This document shows positions 46,526-59,341 of a stretch of DNA of 64,000 bases, in pieces; position 1 is the stretch's first letter, and each line of letters opens with the position of its first letter. The notes beneath the pieces were generated by a model. That model did not search any database and was not told the DNA's origin. It was given only the letters and a program-made list of their open reading frames with translations. The DNA is from Candidatus Hadarchaeota archaeon (GTDB lineage Archaea; Hadarchaeota; Hadarchaeia; Hadarchaeales; JAWBSP01). The stretch is taken from positions 57,337 through 121,336 of the forward strand of contig CAYYWO010000003.1 of the NCBI GenBank assembly GCA_964474885.1. Reading direction: 5' to 3'. A program made the translations under genes and the position numbers.

Positions 46526-46559
46526 ATCTTTCTTTCTGTCATGTTTTTAACTTTTTCTT

Positions 46560-47357
46560 TTAGTAAACCACCACAGAGTAGATTTCTGGCAATTTTCTCA
46601 GCTCAGCCAAGACGCTTTCGGGCAACGGTCGATCAGTTATCAGGGTGAGTTTGGGTTGAGGAATTAGATGAGGGTCATCCGCTACAGCTTGTCTTATGCT
46701 TATGCCGTGTGATGAAATAACATCAATAATCGCTTTAAGCACCCCAGGCTTGCTGGCGTCGTAAGGTGTTATTTCAACGACTCCCCAGCCAGCCTCTCTC
46801 CCCACATCTCTCAGGTATGGTATTGGGGAAAGGTTGCTGAAGAAAGATTTGAGCCACTCGTTTTTTAGAATCTTCTTGATCGCAGCCACTACGGTTCTTC
46901 TGTCAGTCTTTGCAACTCTGCTGATCTGCAGGTAGGGAATTCTCATTTCACCGCACAGGACTTCCCCCTTGTTTCCCACCCTCAACCCATGTTTGAATAA
47001 GACCTTCAGCACCTCGAGTTCCTTTGGATAATCCTTGAATGTTTCTTCAATCTGTCTCCAGAACTTCAGCCCACCGATTCTCATCGTTTCTTCGGAGATG
47101 GCTTGGCCCATCACCATTCTCATCAAGTTATCAGCGAAGTCCGGGTCGAGCCCCTTTTCTCTTGCGAAATTCCTAATTCTTCTGATGACATCCTTTTCTC
47201 TCGCCTCGTCCTTCACTTTCAGTCCCAAGCGCTTTTTCAAGTCGGCAATTTGTTTGGCTACATGCATGCGCTGGGTGAGCACCTCTATCAGGCTCTTATC
47301 GAGCCTGTCAATTTCCCTCCTCAACTTCTCGAGCTCCTCAACTTTCAACTCTCGCAC
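46560..47357 (-). CDS. AroQ-class chorismate mutase fused to a C-terminal putative regulatory (wHTH/ACT-like) domain.
   Basis: The N-terminal ~90 aa ('LRREIDRLDKSLIEVLTQRMHVAKQIADLKK') form the AroQ helical bundle. It lies in an operon with shikimate kinase and aroC. Confidence 0.5.
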   Translation of the reverse strand: MRELKVEELEKLRREIDRLDKSLIEVLTQRMHVAKQIADLKKRLGLKVKDEAREKDVIRRIRNFAREKGLDPDFADNLMRMVMGQAISEETMRIGGLKFWRQIEETFKDYPKELEVLKVLFKHGLRVGNKGEVLCGEMRIPYLQISRVAKTDRRTVVAAIKKILKNEWLKSFFSNLSPIPYLRDVGREAGWGVVEITPYDASKPGVLKAIIDVISSHGISIRQAVADDPHLIPQPKLTLITDRPLPESVLAELRKLPEIYSVVVY

Positions 47358-48195
47358 CCTCCTCGCTTGGTTTTGTCACGATAATTCTCCCTTTTTCCTT
47401 CCTCCAAGCAGCTTTTATGCGATTGACATCCTCTTCTCTTGCTATGGCAGCGACCGCAGGGCCTTTTCCTGTAAGGCCTGCAGCCAGTGCTCCGTTTTTG
47501 AGTGCCTTTAAGATTGGAGAGGTGGGATGCCCTAGGGCACTGGCATAGATGAGTCCGTTGAGTGTCATGGCTCCCAGAATATTCCCCGAGAGGGCCTGCT
47601 TGTATGCAATGCAGGCGAACTCCCGAATGTTGGAGAACACTGACTGATCGACCTGTGAAGTGTAAAACTTTTTGGATGGGACAAGCAAAAGAACTTTGTA
47701 CTCCGAGGGGATGCTGAATCTCCTCAGGATTTTTCTCTTGTAGTTATCCGTGATCACTCCACACCCATAATAGGAAGCGGATGCGTCATCAAATGCTCCT
47801 GTCAAGGTCACGCCCGCTTCGAAAGAGGCACCTATTCCTGTTTGGATGACTTCCCTATCGGAGGGCTCGATGCCCAAAGCGGCGTAAGTCGCGAGAACGG
47901 CAGCGTTGGATGCGGCGCTACTACTTGATAGGCCCACAGCAACGGGAATGTCGGAGTATGTACGGATTCTGGCCCCCTTCCGAATTTTCAGTTTTTCCAG
48001 AACCCTTCTGACGCATATTTCCACGAGTTGTGAGCTCTCTCTCATTCCTACAGTGATCCCCTTGATACCTTGACTTGGAGGAACTAGTTCAACTTCTGCT
48101 CTTATCCTGAGTTCAACACCAAAAGCCGCACCCTTTCCAGTAGCCATTGCGTTCAGAACGGTTACAGAGGCGCATGCCGATGCTGCTCCTCTCAT
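47338..48195 (-). CDS. Archaeal GHMP-kinase-type shikimate kinase.
   Basis: The GHMP motif 'PVAVGLSSSSAASNAAV' and its context between the chorismate mutase and aroC genes. Confidence 0.7.
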   Translation of the reverse strand: MRGAASACASVTVLNAMATGKGAAFGVELRIRAEVELVPPSQGIKGITVGMRESSQLVEICVRRVLEKLKIRKGARIRTYSDIPVAVGLSSSSAASNAAVLATYAALGIEPSDREVIQTGIGASFEAGVTLTGAFDDASASYYGCGVITDNYKRKILRRFSIPSEYKVLLLVPSKKFYTSQVDQSVFSNIREFACIAYKQALSGNILGAMTLNGLIYASALGHPTSPILKALKNGALAAGLTGKGPAVAAIAREEDVNRIKAAWRKEKGRIIVTKPSEEGARVES

Positions 48196-49292
48196 CCGAA
48201 CCGGTTAGGATGGATCTTACCTGAGCGGATCATGTGATCGGCGAGAGTTATAGCGAGCATAGCTTCTGCCACTGGTACTATCCGCGGACATAAATTGGGA
48301 TCGAACCTACCAGACAGTTGAATTGTGGCCTCTTTCATGGTTTCTAGATCAACCGTGCGTTGGGGTAGGGAAATCGAGGGCGTCGGTTTAACAGCGATTC
48401 GCACGACGATAGTCTCCCCGGTGGATATGCCCCCGAGGATGCCTCCACAATAATTCTTTTCCAATCCTATTTTCTCACCCTTCAGCACTATCGGATCGTT
48501 TGCCTGCGAGCCCCTCAGCCTAGCCAAGCGGAACCCCTCCCCGATTTCCACTCCCTTTACGGCCCCTATTGACATCATACCCTTCGCGATGTCAGCGTCG
48601 AGCTTATCAAAAACAGGCTCCCCTAATCCGGGAGGTACGCCGATGGCGAGCACCTCGATCACACCACCTGTGCTGTCACCCTCTCTCCAGGCCCTCAGCA
48701 CTTCCTCCTCCATTAGCTTTGCGGTCTCAGGATCCGCGCACCTCATCGGGTTCTTTTCCACATTCCTTTCTATTTCTTGCAGACTAGGTGCCCGCTTTAT
48801 TTTGACGCCGGCGGCCTCGATAACGTGTCCCAGGACCCGGACCCCATGGTAACCCAGGAGTTTCTTAGCGATGGCGCCGCCAGCTACCCTAGCTACAGTC
48901 TCCCGCCCAGCTGCCCTCCCTCCTCCCCGGTAGTCCACGTGCCCAAATTTTAGCCAGTAGCTGAGATCTGCGTGCCCAGGTCTTGGTTTACTCTTGATGA
49001 CCTCGTAGGGTTCCGACTTGACATCCACATTCTCCACCCATAGACAGATTGGGGTTCCGAGGGTCCTCCCTTGGAAAACACCCGAGAGAATTCTCACACG
49101 GTCCAGCTCCTTTCTAGGTGAGCTTATTGCGGACTGAGCGGGACGTCGCCTATCCAGCTCTTTCTGAACGTCTACATCGCTAAGTGGCATCCCAGCAGGC
49201 ACGCCCTCTACTACCACCCCTATTCCATTGCCGTGGGACTCCCCAAAGGTGGTTACCCTGAAAACCTTACCGAAAGAGTTTCCGCTCATCAA
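48192..49292 (-). CDS. aroC: Chorismate synthase.
   Basis: The 'FRVTTFGESHGNGIGVVVEGVPAG' N-terminus and 'GRSSARETV-like' motifs. Confidence 0.85.
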   Translation of the reverse strand: MMSGNSFGKVFRVTTFGESHGNGIGVVVEGVPAGMPLSDVDVQKELDRRRPAQSAISSPRKELDRVRILSGVFQGRTLGTPICLWVENVDVKSEPYEVIKSKPRPGHADLSYWLKFGHVDYRGGGRAAGRETVARVAGGAIAKKLLGYHGVRVLGHVIEAAGVKIKRAPSLQEIERNVEKNPMRCADPETAKLMEEEVLRAWREGDSTGGVIEVLAIGVPPGLGEPVFDKLDADIAKGMMSIGAVKGVEIGEGFRLARLRGSQANDPIVLKGEKIGLEKNYCGGILGGISTGETIVVRIAVKPTPSISLPQRTVDLETMKEATIQLSGRFDPNLCPRIVPVAEAMLAITLADHMIRSGKIHPNRFG

Positions 49293-49342
49293 ACACTGAA
49301 TGACGGATTAAATGGGCTAAAACGATCCGCACCATATTTGCA

Positions 49343-50656
49343 ATGTATGGTTACAGAGGGAGAACCAAAGAGTTGCTTCAGAAAATAGGTGCAAAACCGG
49401 GGGACAAGTTGCGGATTGAAAAAGAGGAAGAGGCTTACGAGGGTATCTTGATGCCTAGGAGTGAACTCGCAGATGACAAACATTTGGTTCTGAAACTCCC
49501 CAATGGTTATAATATAGGTGTGCGCGTCGATGAAATAACCGCGATTCGTAAATTGGCAGAGGGCGTTTTTCCGCATCCCCCCTCTCCGAAAATCCTCCAA
49601 GACGCTACAAAACCTCTAGTCGTAATAGTAGGTACGGGTGGTACTATAGCCTCGCGGGTCGATTACAGGACTGGAGCGGTTTATCCTGCCTTCACCCCCG
49701 AGGAGATCTGTTTTTCGGTACCGGAACTCAGAGAGCTAGCCAATCTGAAGGTGGTAGAAGTTTGTAACGTGTTCAGCGAACACATGACACCAGAACACTG
49801 GAAGAGAATAGCGGAGGAGGTCGCAAGGCAAATCAACAGTGGTGCTAAGGGGATCGTCATAGCTCATGGCACCGATACCATGGCATACACGGCAGCAGCT
49901 CTCTCTTTCATGCTGCGGGGACTCTCCCGTCCCGTCGTTTTGACAGGTGCTCAGCGCTCTTCAGACAGACCCAGTTCAGATGCAGCTCTGAACCTCATTT
50001 CCTCTGTTGCTGTTGCTACTTCTGACATAGCTGAGGTGTGCGTGGTGATGCATGGATCCCCTTCCGATGACTACTGCCTCATTCACCGAGGTGTGAGGGT
50101 CAGAAAGTGCCACACGAGTAGAAGGGATGCCTTTGTTTCAATTAACGACCAGCCAATTGGCCTGGTGAGAGAGGGCAGGATAGAGCTCCTGACAAGGGAG
50201 TACAGGAAAGCAAGTGAAGGAAAGGTCTTAGTGGATACAAACATAGATCCGCGGGTCGCATTGATCAAAGTGTATCCAGGTATGTCCCCTTCTCTCATCG
50301 AGTCGCTAATCGGAGATCACCACGGGGTGGTTCTTGAAGGAACTGGCCTAGGACACGCGCCCCAGGCGCTCTTCTCCGCAATCAAGCGTGCGATCGATGC
50401 AGGTATGGCAGTGGTCATGACTTCTCAGTGCCTGTGGGGGAGGGTGGATATGAAAGTTTACTCCACAGGAAGAGACTTGCTTCAGCTGGGTGTCATACCC
50501 TGTGAAGATATGCTTCCAGAAGTCGCCTATGTTAAGCTCATGTGGGTCTTGGGGAAGACGAGAGAACTTGGGGAAGTGGCTAGACTTATGAAAACAAACA
50601 TTGCAGGAGAGATATCAAAGCGGAGCAAGCCTGAGGCATTCCCTCACTTTATGTAA
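49343..50656 (+). CDS. gatD: Glu-tRNA(Gln) amidotransferase subunit D.
   Basis: An N-terminal AANH-like domain followed by an asparaginase-like domain ('VVIVGTGGTIASRVDYRTG', 'HGTDTMAYTAAAL'). Confidence 0.8.
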   Translation: MYGYRGRTKELLQKIGAKPGDKLRIEKEEEAYEGILMPRSELADDKHLVLKLPNGYNIGVRVDEITAIRKLAEGVFPHPPSPKILQDATKPLVVIVGTGGTIASRVDYRTGAVYPAFTPEEICFSVPELRELANLKVVEVCNVFSEHMTPEHWKRIAEEVARQINSGAKGIVIAHGTDTMAYTAAALSFMLRGLSRPVVLTGAQRSSDRPSSDAALNLISSVAVATSDIAEVCVVMHGSPSDDYCLIHRGVRVRKCHTSRRDAFVSINDQPIGLVREGRIELLTREYRKASEGKVLVDTNIDPRVALIKVYPGMSPSLIESLIGDHHGVVLEGTGLGHAPQALFSAIKRAIDAGMAVVMTSQCLWGRVDMKVYSTGRDLLQLGVIPCEDMLPEVAYVKLMWVLGKTRELGEVARLMKTNIAGEISKRSKPEAFPHFM

Positions 50657-51408
50657 CTTTCTTCTCCTCTTGTTAGACCAGGAAACTCATATTTCATCAG
50701 GATTGAGGGACGGTACCTTTCCTCCATATCCTCCAAGTCGACCTTTAGATCCAGCATTCGGCACAAAACTTCTAGGATGTTTCTGGCAGCCCTTACATCC
50801 GCCACGCCACCATGAGTAGTTCCTAATACACAGAGCCCCTTCATCCCCCATAGGGGAGAAAGACAGGGAAGCAATCCGTTCATCCCTACAATCACACCTC
50901 CCTGCAGGATTTCAACCCCATATCTTTTCAACAATTCGAGACCCTCCTCGTTCGTAGCAGTCCCAACAACAGGTTTTCTCCGTTCTCGAGGAGATAGGAC
51001 ATAGGCAGCAGCCGTGATCACCGTTTTGACTCCAAGCTGTTTGGCAACCTTTAAAACTTCCTCGGTCAGGCTGTATTGTCCAAAAGAGCTAACAGCTTGA
51101 GCTTCTGATGTCAACAGAATGAGGGGTTCCCCCCTGGCTTGGTAAAACTTTAACTTGATGTTGCTCACCAGTCCATCTTCCTGTTTGATGGTCCATTCCG
51201 GCAGGTACTCTGAGTACAGTTCTAAGAAGAGTTCTCCCTCCAAGGAATTTATCAGATGCTCTACCACGATTTTCCCAATACTCGCTATTCCGGGAAAGCC
51301 CGCGATAAGTATGGATGGTTCTTTGAGTTTAGGCTTCGTGATGTACCTGAGATGAGACACGCTTAAGTTGGTTACGCTTGTATTTATCTTTTTAGATTGG
51401 AGAGACAC
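50644..51408 (-). CDS. Second PAC2-family paralog.
   Basis: 'EPSILIAGFPGIASIGKIVVEHLI' parallels the 41909 gene's 'NPVLIAGLPGVGQIGKLASDFLI'. Confidence 0.5.
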   Translation of the reverse strand: MSLQSKKINTSVTNLSVSHLRYITKPKLKEPSILIAGFPGIASIGKIVVEHLINSLEGELFLELYSEYLPEWTIKQEDGLVSNIKLKFYQARGEPLILLTSEAQAVSSFGQYSLTEEVLKVAKQLGVKTVITAAAYVLSPRERRKPVVGTATNEEGLELLKRYGVEILQGGVIVGMNGLLPCLSPLWGMKGLCVLGTTHGGVADVRAARNILEVLCRMLDLKVDLEDMEERYRPSILMKYEFPGLTRGEESYIK

Positions 51409-52287
51409 GTTTTGCCATTGGCCGCCGAAAGCTTGGGCGTTAGAAGTATGGCTACTTTCATCAGAGCAGGTGATGTAAACATTCTAGTTGATCCAGGATG
51501 CGCTCTTGCAATGAGGTTCTCCTTGCGTCCCCATGAGGAAGAGTACCTGAGCCTGACTGAAGCTAGGGAAAGGATTCTTCAAGCATCCGCGAAGGCTGAT
51601 GTCGTGATAATAAGTCACTATCACTTAGATCATTACACGCCATACTATCGTGACCTTCAGTGGATCCAAAGTTCGCCAGAATATGCGAGGAAACTCTATC
51701 AAGGAAAAGTTTTGCTCGTCAAAGACTTGGAGCATTTACCGCCCGTGCAAAGGAAAAGAGGGTATTTCCTACAGAAACAAAGTAGGGAGGTCTGTAAGGA
51801 GATACAGGTGGCGGACGGCCAGCGGTTTAAGTGGGGAAAAACTGAGATAGAGTTTTCCGAGCCCCTCCCTCATGGTTTTTCCGCCCAGCCTTTGGTGCTC
51901 GGGGTTCGCGTCAAGTCTCCCAGACTTCGGCTGGCCTTCATCCCAGACTTTCAAGGTGCTAGTTCTGATGTGGTCAGACTCATTCTGAGGTGGAAACCGG
52001 ACCTGTTGATAACAGGTGGTCCACCCCTCTACCTCTCAGGTTTCCGGATAGGGAAAGAAGAAATCTCAACTGCAATGGAGAATTTCCTGAAATTGGCAGC
52101 GAGGATCCCGAGGATGGTGATCGATCACCATCTATTCAGATCAGAAGAAGGTCTAGACTTCCTTAACAAGATATCCCGTGAGGCTAAGAAGTTTGGACAT
52201 CGAGTGGAGAGTGTGGCGGGGTTTTTGAAAACTGACCTCAAGTTGCTAGAGGCTCGGAGGAAAGAATTGTATGCATCTAAATTCTAG
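51397..52287 (+). CDS. Metallo-beta-lactamase-fold hydrolase (archaeal COG2248/UPF0282-like).
   Basis: 'ILVDPGCA' and 'VVIISHYHLDHY' are MBL motifs (HxHxDH). Confidence 0.5.
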   Translation: MERHVLPLAAESLGVRSMATFIRAGDVNILVDPGCALAMRFSLRPHEEEYLSLTEARERILQASAKADVVIISHYHLDHYTPYYRDLQWIQSSPEYARKLYQGKVLLVKDLEHLPPVQRKRGYFLQKQSREVCKEIQVADGQRFKWGKTEIEFSEPLPHGFSAQPLVLGVRVKSPRLRLAFIPDFQGASSDVVRLILRWKPDLLITGGPPLYLSGFRIGKEEISTAMENFLKLAARIPRMVIDHHLFRSEEGLDFLNKISREAKKFGHRVESVAGFLKTDLKLLEARRKELYASKF

Positions 52288-54082
52288 GGGGGGCTTCGAT
52301 ACCTAGGAGATTGAGGGCATCCGCCAATACCGTTTTGACGCACGACACGAGCTTGAGTCTTGCAGCCCTCAACCCTCTCTCAGCTTTTAGCACTGGTGCC
52401 TTCTCGTAAAAGGAATTGAAGACAGAGGAGAGGGTGGAACAGTACCGTGTAAGAATGTTGGGTTTTAGTTGGGAGGCAGAAGCTCTCAGAGTTTCAGGGT
52501 ATCTCGCGAGCAACTTTACGAGCTCTTTCTCCTCCTGCAGATGCAATTTTTCCCAGTCGGGTTGCTCGATTTTTTTAGCTTTTCTGAGAATGCTGCAGGC
52601 TCGGGCATGCGAGTATTGAATAGCAGGCCCACTGTTCCGTTCCAAATTCAATGCCTCCTCCCACTTAAAGGTTATTTTCTTTTCGGGAGCAGTAGACAGC
52701 AACGAAAATCTGAGAGCCCCTATTCCGATGATCCTAGAAACCTTTTGTTTGAATCTTTCACTCTCAGAAGGGCTCTTCTGTTCCACGATCTCCCGTGCCC
52801 TATTCACGGCTTCCTTAACGGCATCATCCAGCGTATACCCTATCCAAGTTCCTTTCCTTCCCGAAAACTTCCCTGTGGGCAACTCTACATGCTCATAAGC
52901 TAGATGGAAAGAATTAGCGAATTCCTTTTCAAACCCTAGCAATTTCAGGGTTGCGAAAACTGCTTTTTGCATATCCCTTTGTTCGGATCCGATGACGTTT
53001 ATGACGATATCCGCATTTCCGAACCTTCTGCTCGATCTCCCGTTTTTGTGGGTGGTGAACATGTCAAACCAGGATTTGAATTTAAGCGCTCTTTCTGTCT
53101 TCCCGAATTTCCAGAGTTGATAAGCTATGTCCCGTGTGAGATAAAGGGAGGTCCCGTCTGACCTCACTAGGATTTTGTCTTCCAGGCCCAAGTCTGCGAG
53201 TTTTAGTACCAGCGCGCCTTCCCTTTGCTCGATCCTTCCTATCTTCTTGAGCTTACTTAGGATTTCATCCACGAGTCCCGCCTCTAGTATGTCACTTTCC
53301 CAGACGAGTAAGTCATACTTGATCCCGAGCTTTTTCGTGGTTGCGAAATTCGCCCTGAGGCAGGCTTCGGCTATGGATCTGGCCATTCGCCTAGTTCTCC
53401 TTTTCCCTCTTTCCAGCTCCTTCAGGATCCTCCTGGTCTCCCCCTGCAGGCTTGGCTCTCGCTGTAGCAGTTCTTGAATCTTCACGTACATCAGCCCCAA
53501 TGCATGGTCAAACTTGGTTTTCGGTCTGGGCACTTTTTCCCAAGCAAGCAGAATTTCTGCCATTTGGAGTCCCAGATCGTCGATGTAGTTATGCACCTCC
53601 ACCCTATATCCGAGTTTTCGGTAAATTCTAGCGAGACAATCCCCCAAGACAGCATTTCTTGCATGCCCTATGTGCAAGGGCTTGGTAGGATTTATGCTGG
53701 TATGCTCGATGATCACCTTCTTTTTCCTTTCTTCGCTACCGAATTTGGAGCCCAGCTTGTCGATCAGATCAGAGGTGAGCTGAGCCAAGAGAGGGATTTT
53801 CACCTTGAAATTCAGATAACCCCTGCACGCTTCCACCCCATCCACGAGCCCGGATGGCTCGATCTCATCTCGGATTTTCTGCGCCAAACTGTGGGGATTT
53901 TCCTTCAAGCGCTTGGCAACGGAGAAGCAGACATTGGAGGTGAGATCCCCCAGCTCTGGACTGGGCGGTATGTCAAGGCTGCTTTCCAGTTCCGGTACCT
54001 CAAGCGAGAGACGCTGTAATCCAGTGTTTAGGCATTCTAAAACCTGCTCCTTGAACTTTCCCCAGGGATCGTCTTTCCCCAT
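52277..54082 (-). CDS. argS: Arginyl-tRNA synthetase.
   Basis: Class I 'HTSINPTKPLHIGHARN' (HIGH), the DALR anticodon-binding C-terminus, and a length of about 600 aa. Confidence 0.85.
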   Translation of the reverse strand: MGKDDPWGKFKEQVLECLNTGLQRLSLEVPELESSLDIPPSPELGDLTSNVCFSVAKRLKENPHSLAQKIRDEIEPSGLVDGVEACRGYLNFKVKIPLLAQLTSDLIDKLGSKFGSEERKKKVIIEHTSINPTKPLHIGHARNAVLGDCLARIYRKLGYRVEVHNYIDDLGLQMAEILLAWEKVPRPKTKFDHALGLMYVKIQELLQREPSLQGETRRILKELERGKRRTRRMARSIAEACLRANFATTKKLGIKYDLLVWESDILEAGLVDEILSKLKKIGRIEQREGALVLKLADLGLEDKILVRSDGTSLYLTRDIAYQLWKFGKTERALKFKSWFDMFTTHKNGRSSRRFGNADIVINVIGSEQRDMQKAVFATLKLLGFEKEFANSFHLAYEHVELPTGKFSGRKGTWIGYTLDDAVKEAVNRAREIVEQKSPSESERFKQKVSRIIGIGALRFSLLSTAPEKKITFKWEEALNLERNSGPAIQYSHARACSILRKAKKIEQPDWEKLHLQEEKELVKLLARYPETLRASASQLKPNILTRYCSTLSSVFNSFYEKAPVLKAERGLRAARLKLVSCVKTVLADALNLLGIEAPPRI

Positions 54083-54094
54083 CGATTTATTACT

Positions 54095-54973
54095 CTACTC
54101 GAGACCCAGTCTTTTCCACTCTTGGTCAACGAGCTCCTGGAACTTTTGGATCTCCTCCTGCGTCAGATGTCTGAACCTCCCCTGCAGCTTCAGGTACTCC
54201 GAGACAGGGATCCTCTTGGAGGGTTTGAAAGTGACTCTCATCTGACCGTGTTCTATTTCGTAAAGCACCCAACAGCCGCTCTCCACAGCCTTTCTGGCTA
54301 CCTGTATGGTTTTGCTGGAATCGAATCTCCAGCCCGGGGGGCAGGGGCATTGGATATGAATGTAGCATGGCCCCTTTATGTATTTAGCTTTCTTTATCTT
54401 TTGGTACAAATCTAAAGGGTATCCGACGGAGGCTGTAGCAACGTAAGGAGCGCGGTGGGCAGCTATTATGGCGGGCACATCCTTCTTCCATTGCCTCTTC
54501 CCCCTACCCACTTTTCCAGCAGGAGTTGTGGTTGTCCAGGCGAGAAAGGGGGTAGTTCCGCTTCTTTGTATGCCCGTGTTCATGTAAGCCTCGTTGTCTG
54601 TGCAAATGTAGATGAAGTCGTGTCCCCTTTCGACGGCTCCAGAGAGCGCCTGCAGTCCGATGTCGGCAGTTCCTCCATCCCCCGCGAAGGCAACGACTTT
54701 CACATCCTTTTTACCCAATTTCTTTAGAGCGCATTCAATCCCGGATGCTACCGCGGCAGCGTTTTCGAACGCAACGTGTATGTACGGCACCCTCCAGGCA
54801 GTCTGTGGGTAGGGTGTGCTCACTACTTCTCCACACCCAGTTGCCTGAACAACGATCACGTTCCTGCCTAGAGCCTTCAGGGCAATCCTTATAGCTAGGG
54901 CCTCGCCACAGCCAGGACAGGCCCTATGGCCGGGAGCTAGCAGCTCTTCCTCAATCTCGAGCAGTTCCTTCAT
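54095..54973 (-). CDS. porB: Pyruvate/2-oxoacid:ferredoxin oxidoreductase beta subunit (TPP-binding).
   Basis: '[15 protein letters not shown]' (Cys cluster) and 'GDGGTADIG' (TPP motif). Confidence 0.85.
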   Translation of the reverse strand: MKELLEIEEELLAPGHRACPGCGEALAIRIALKALGRNVIVVQATGCGEVVSTPYPQTAWRVPYIHVAFENAAAVASGIECALKKLGKKDVKVVAFAGDGGTADIGLQALSGAVERGHDFIYICTDNEAYMNTGIQRSGTTPFLAWTTTTPAGKVGRGKRQWKKDVPAIIAAHRAPYVATASVGYPLDLYQKIKKAKYIKGPCYIHIQCPCPPGWRFDSSKTIQVARKAVESGCWVLYEIEHGQMRVTFKPSKRIPVSEYLKLQGRFRHLTQEEIQKFQELVDQEWKRLGLE

Positions 54974-54974
54974 G

Positions 54975-56147
54975 TCAGAGGACCTCCTTCCTGAGCCCTA
55001 GCCATTTCACAGGGGTCTCTATCTTCCTCCTAGCGACGCACTTTTTGATCGTTTCGATTGTTTCCTCCACATGGTCGAGCTTCACGTCCCTCCCCCCCAA
55101 ACCGCAGATGAAGTCCATCACCAGGGGACGTCGGTCAGAGTTTTGGATGGCAGTTGTTACGTCAGCGTACAGCGCACCAGTTGCGCCCAAGGAGATGTCC
55201 TTCTCCATCACCGCGATTCCTTCAGCACTCTCCAGCGAACCTAGGATCTCTCGGTGGGGGAATGGTCGGTAGCACCTAACCTTAATCATTCCTACTTTGT
55301 CACCCCGCTCTCTTCTTTTGTCTATTACTTCTTTAACGGTCCCGCTGAGCGAGCCCATTGTTATCACCACGACTTCAGCGTCGTCGCACCGATAATTTTC
55401 GATCAATCCATACCCGCGACCGAATCTCCGTTCAAAGTCTCGGTCGACTTCGATGACTTTTTCTTTTGCCTCCCTCACAGCCTCGTGGAGCGCGTATCTG
55501 AACTCCTGATAATACTCCGGTACTCCTACGGGCCCCATGGTCACCGGGTTCTCAGGATCAAGTTTGTAAGGCGGCTGATAGGGCGGAAGGAATTCGTCAA
55601 CCGAGCTCTGGTCTGGGACATCAACCACTTCCGCTGTGTGTGAAAGGATGTATCCATCATAGCAGACCATGACGGGCAGGTGCACGCTTTCGCCAATCTT
55701 ATACGCCTGAATGATGGAATCTAGTATCTCTTGGTTGTTCTCGCAGTAAAGCTGGATCCAGCCGCAATCGCGGACTGAGATGGAATCCTGCTGGTCGCAC
55801 CATATGCTGATGGGGGCAGAGAGGGATCGGTTGACGTTTGCCATCACGATAGGCAGCCGCAGCCCGGCGGCTATGTACAGTATTTCGCTCATGAGCGCCA
55901 AACCTTGGGAAGAAGTGGCAGTAAAGGCCCTAGCCCCTGCGGCAGCCGCACCCACACAGACGCTCAGGGCACTGTGCTCGGACTCCACTTCGACGAATTC
56001 GGCATCCAGCTCACCATTGGCGACAAACTCAGCTAATTTTTCCACCGAGACCGTCTGGGGGGTTATGGGATAAGCAGAAATCACTTGTGCCCTGGCCAGT
56101 TTCGCCCCGAAGGCGGCAGCTTCGTTTCCCGTTAAGACGAGCTTCAT
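54975..56147 (-). CDS. porA: Pyruvate/2-oxoacid:ferredoxin oxidoreductase alpha subunit.
   Basis: '[32 protein letters not shown]' is the POR alpha N-terminus. Confidence 0.85.
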   Translation of the reverse strand: MKLVLTGNEAAAFGAKLARAQVISAYPITPQTVSVEKLAEFVANGELDAEFVEVESEHSALSVCVGAAAAGARAFTATSSQGLALMSEILYIAAGLRLPIVMANVNRSLSAPISIWCDQQDSISVRDCGWIQLYCENNQEILDSIIQAYKIGESVHLPVMVCYDGYILSHTAEVVDVPDQSSVDEFLPPYQPPYKLDPENPVTMGPVGVPEYYQEFRYALHEAVREAKEKVIEVDRDFERRFGRGYGLIENYRCDDAEVVVITMGSLSGTVKEVIDKRRERGDKVGMIKVRCYRPFPHREILGSLESAEGIAVMEKDISLGATGALYADVTTAIQNSDRRPLVMDFICGLGGRDVKLDHVEETIETIKKCVARRKIETPVKWLGLRKEVL

Positions 56148-56416
56148 TTGGTCTCCTCCATTTCCATTCGTATGGCTTTTCTAGGACACTCAGTGCTGCA
56201 AATACCACAGCCCTTGCAGTAGCGGTAGTCTATCTCGATGGGCTTTCCTTTCTTTATCGCACCATCGGGGCAGTACAACCAGCAGAGACCGCATCCTACG
56301 CATTTCTCCGCATCGACAACGGGTTTGAGGGTTCTCCAGCCCCCAGTCTCATATTCGACGGTGCTCCCAGGCTTTGTGATCACAGCTCCCAGCGTTATTT
56401 TTTCAGCTCCTTTCAT
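56144..56416 (-). CDS. porD: POR delta subunit (2x[4Fe-4S] ferredoxin).
   Basis: Two CxxCxxCxxxCP motifs ('[12 protein letters not shown]', '[12 protein letters not shown]'). Confidence 0.8.
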   Translation of the reverse strand: MKGAEKITLGAVITKPGSTVEYETGGWRTLKPVVDAEKCVGCGLCWLYCPDGAIKKGKPIEIDYRYCKGCGICSTECPRKAIRMEMEETK

Positions 56417-56939
56417 AAGCCTCCCTCACAGCTTGCAGGTTCTTCTGAATCAGCTGCTCTTTTCCCACAAAATGGGAACGTATGGCCTCCATCACTGAAT
56501 CAAGGGTTACAAGTTTGGTCGCCTTGGCAAGCACGCCCAAGATGGCTGTATTGGTGATGGGGGCGCCCAGCCACTTCAGCGCAATCGATGTCACGTCGAA
56601 ATGAACCACTTTACCACACCATTTCAGTTTCGGCATTTTATCTGAATTGATTATTAGCATACCCTCCTTTTTCAGACCAGCAGTAACGTTAACTGTTTCA
56701 AGCAAGGTAGAGTCCAAAACCACCACGTAATCTGGAGTGTATATTTGGGATCTCAACCTGATGGGGGAATCCGAAATCCTGGTGTAGGACGTGACAGGTG
56801 CCCCCCTTCTTTCAGCTCCAAAGAATGGGAATGCTTGACAATACTTTCCTTCCAAATGAGCAGCTTTGGCGAGCAATTGGGCGGCAGTAACAGCTCCTTG
56901 ACCTCCCCTACCATGCCAACGGACTTCAATCATAGGCAA
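56403..56939 (-). CDS. porG: POR gamma subunit.
   Basis: '[25 protein letters not shown]' is the POR gamma N-terminus. Confidence 0.8.
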   Translation of the reverse strand: MPMIEVRWHGRGGQGAVTAAQLLAKAAHLEGKYCQAFPFFGAERRGAPVTSYTRISDSPIRLRSQIYTPDYVVVLDSTLLETVNVTAGLKKEGMLIINSDKMPKLKWCGKVVHFDVTSIALKWLGAPITNTAILGVLAKATKLVTLDSVMEAIRSHFVGKEQLIQKNLQAVREAYERS

Positions 56940-56967
56940 AAAACTTCTACCTCAGCCTTAAATCATT

Positions 56968-59203
<2,236 letters not shown>

Positions 59204-59239
59204 CAGTTTTAGAAGTCTAGGTTAAGAATAAAGATTTGT

Positions 59240-59313
59240 GCGGCCGTAGTCTAGCCAGGTTAGGACTCAGGCTCCCCGGGCCTGATGCGCGGGTTCAAAT
59301 CCCGCCGGCCGCA
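59240..59313 (+). tRNA. tRNA with a non-canonical anticodon loop 'UCCCCGG'. The best reading is Gly(CCC) with C at position 33.
   Basis: A hand-folded cloverleaf: acceptor GCGGCCG/CGGCCGC, D arm, anticodon stem CAGGC/GCCUG, T arm GCGGG-UUCAAAU-CCCGC, discriminator A, followed by T5. Confidence 0.65.
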
Positions 59314-59341
59314 TAGTTTTTGAGAAGTAGAAGATGAGTAG

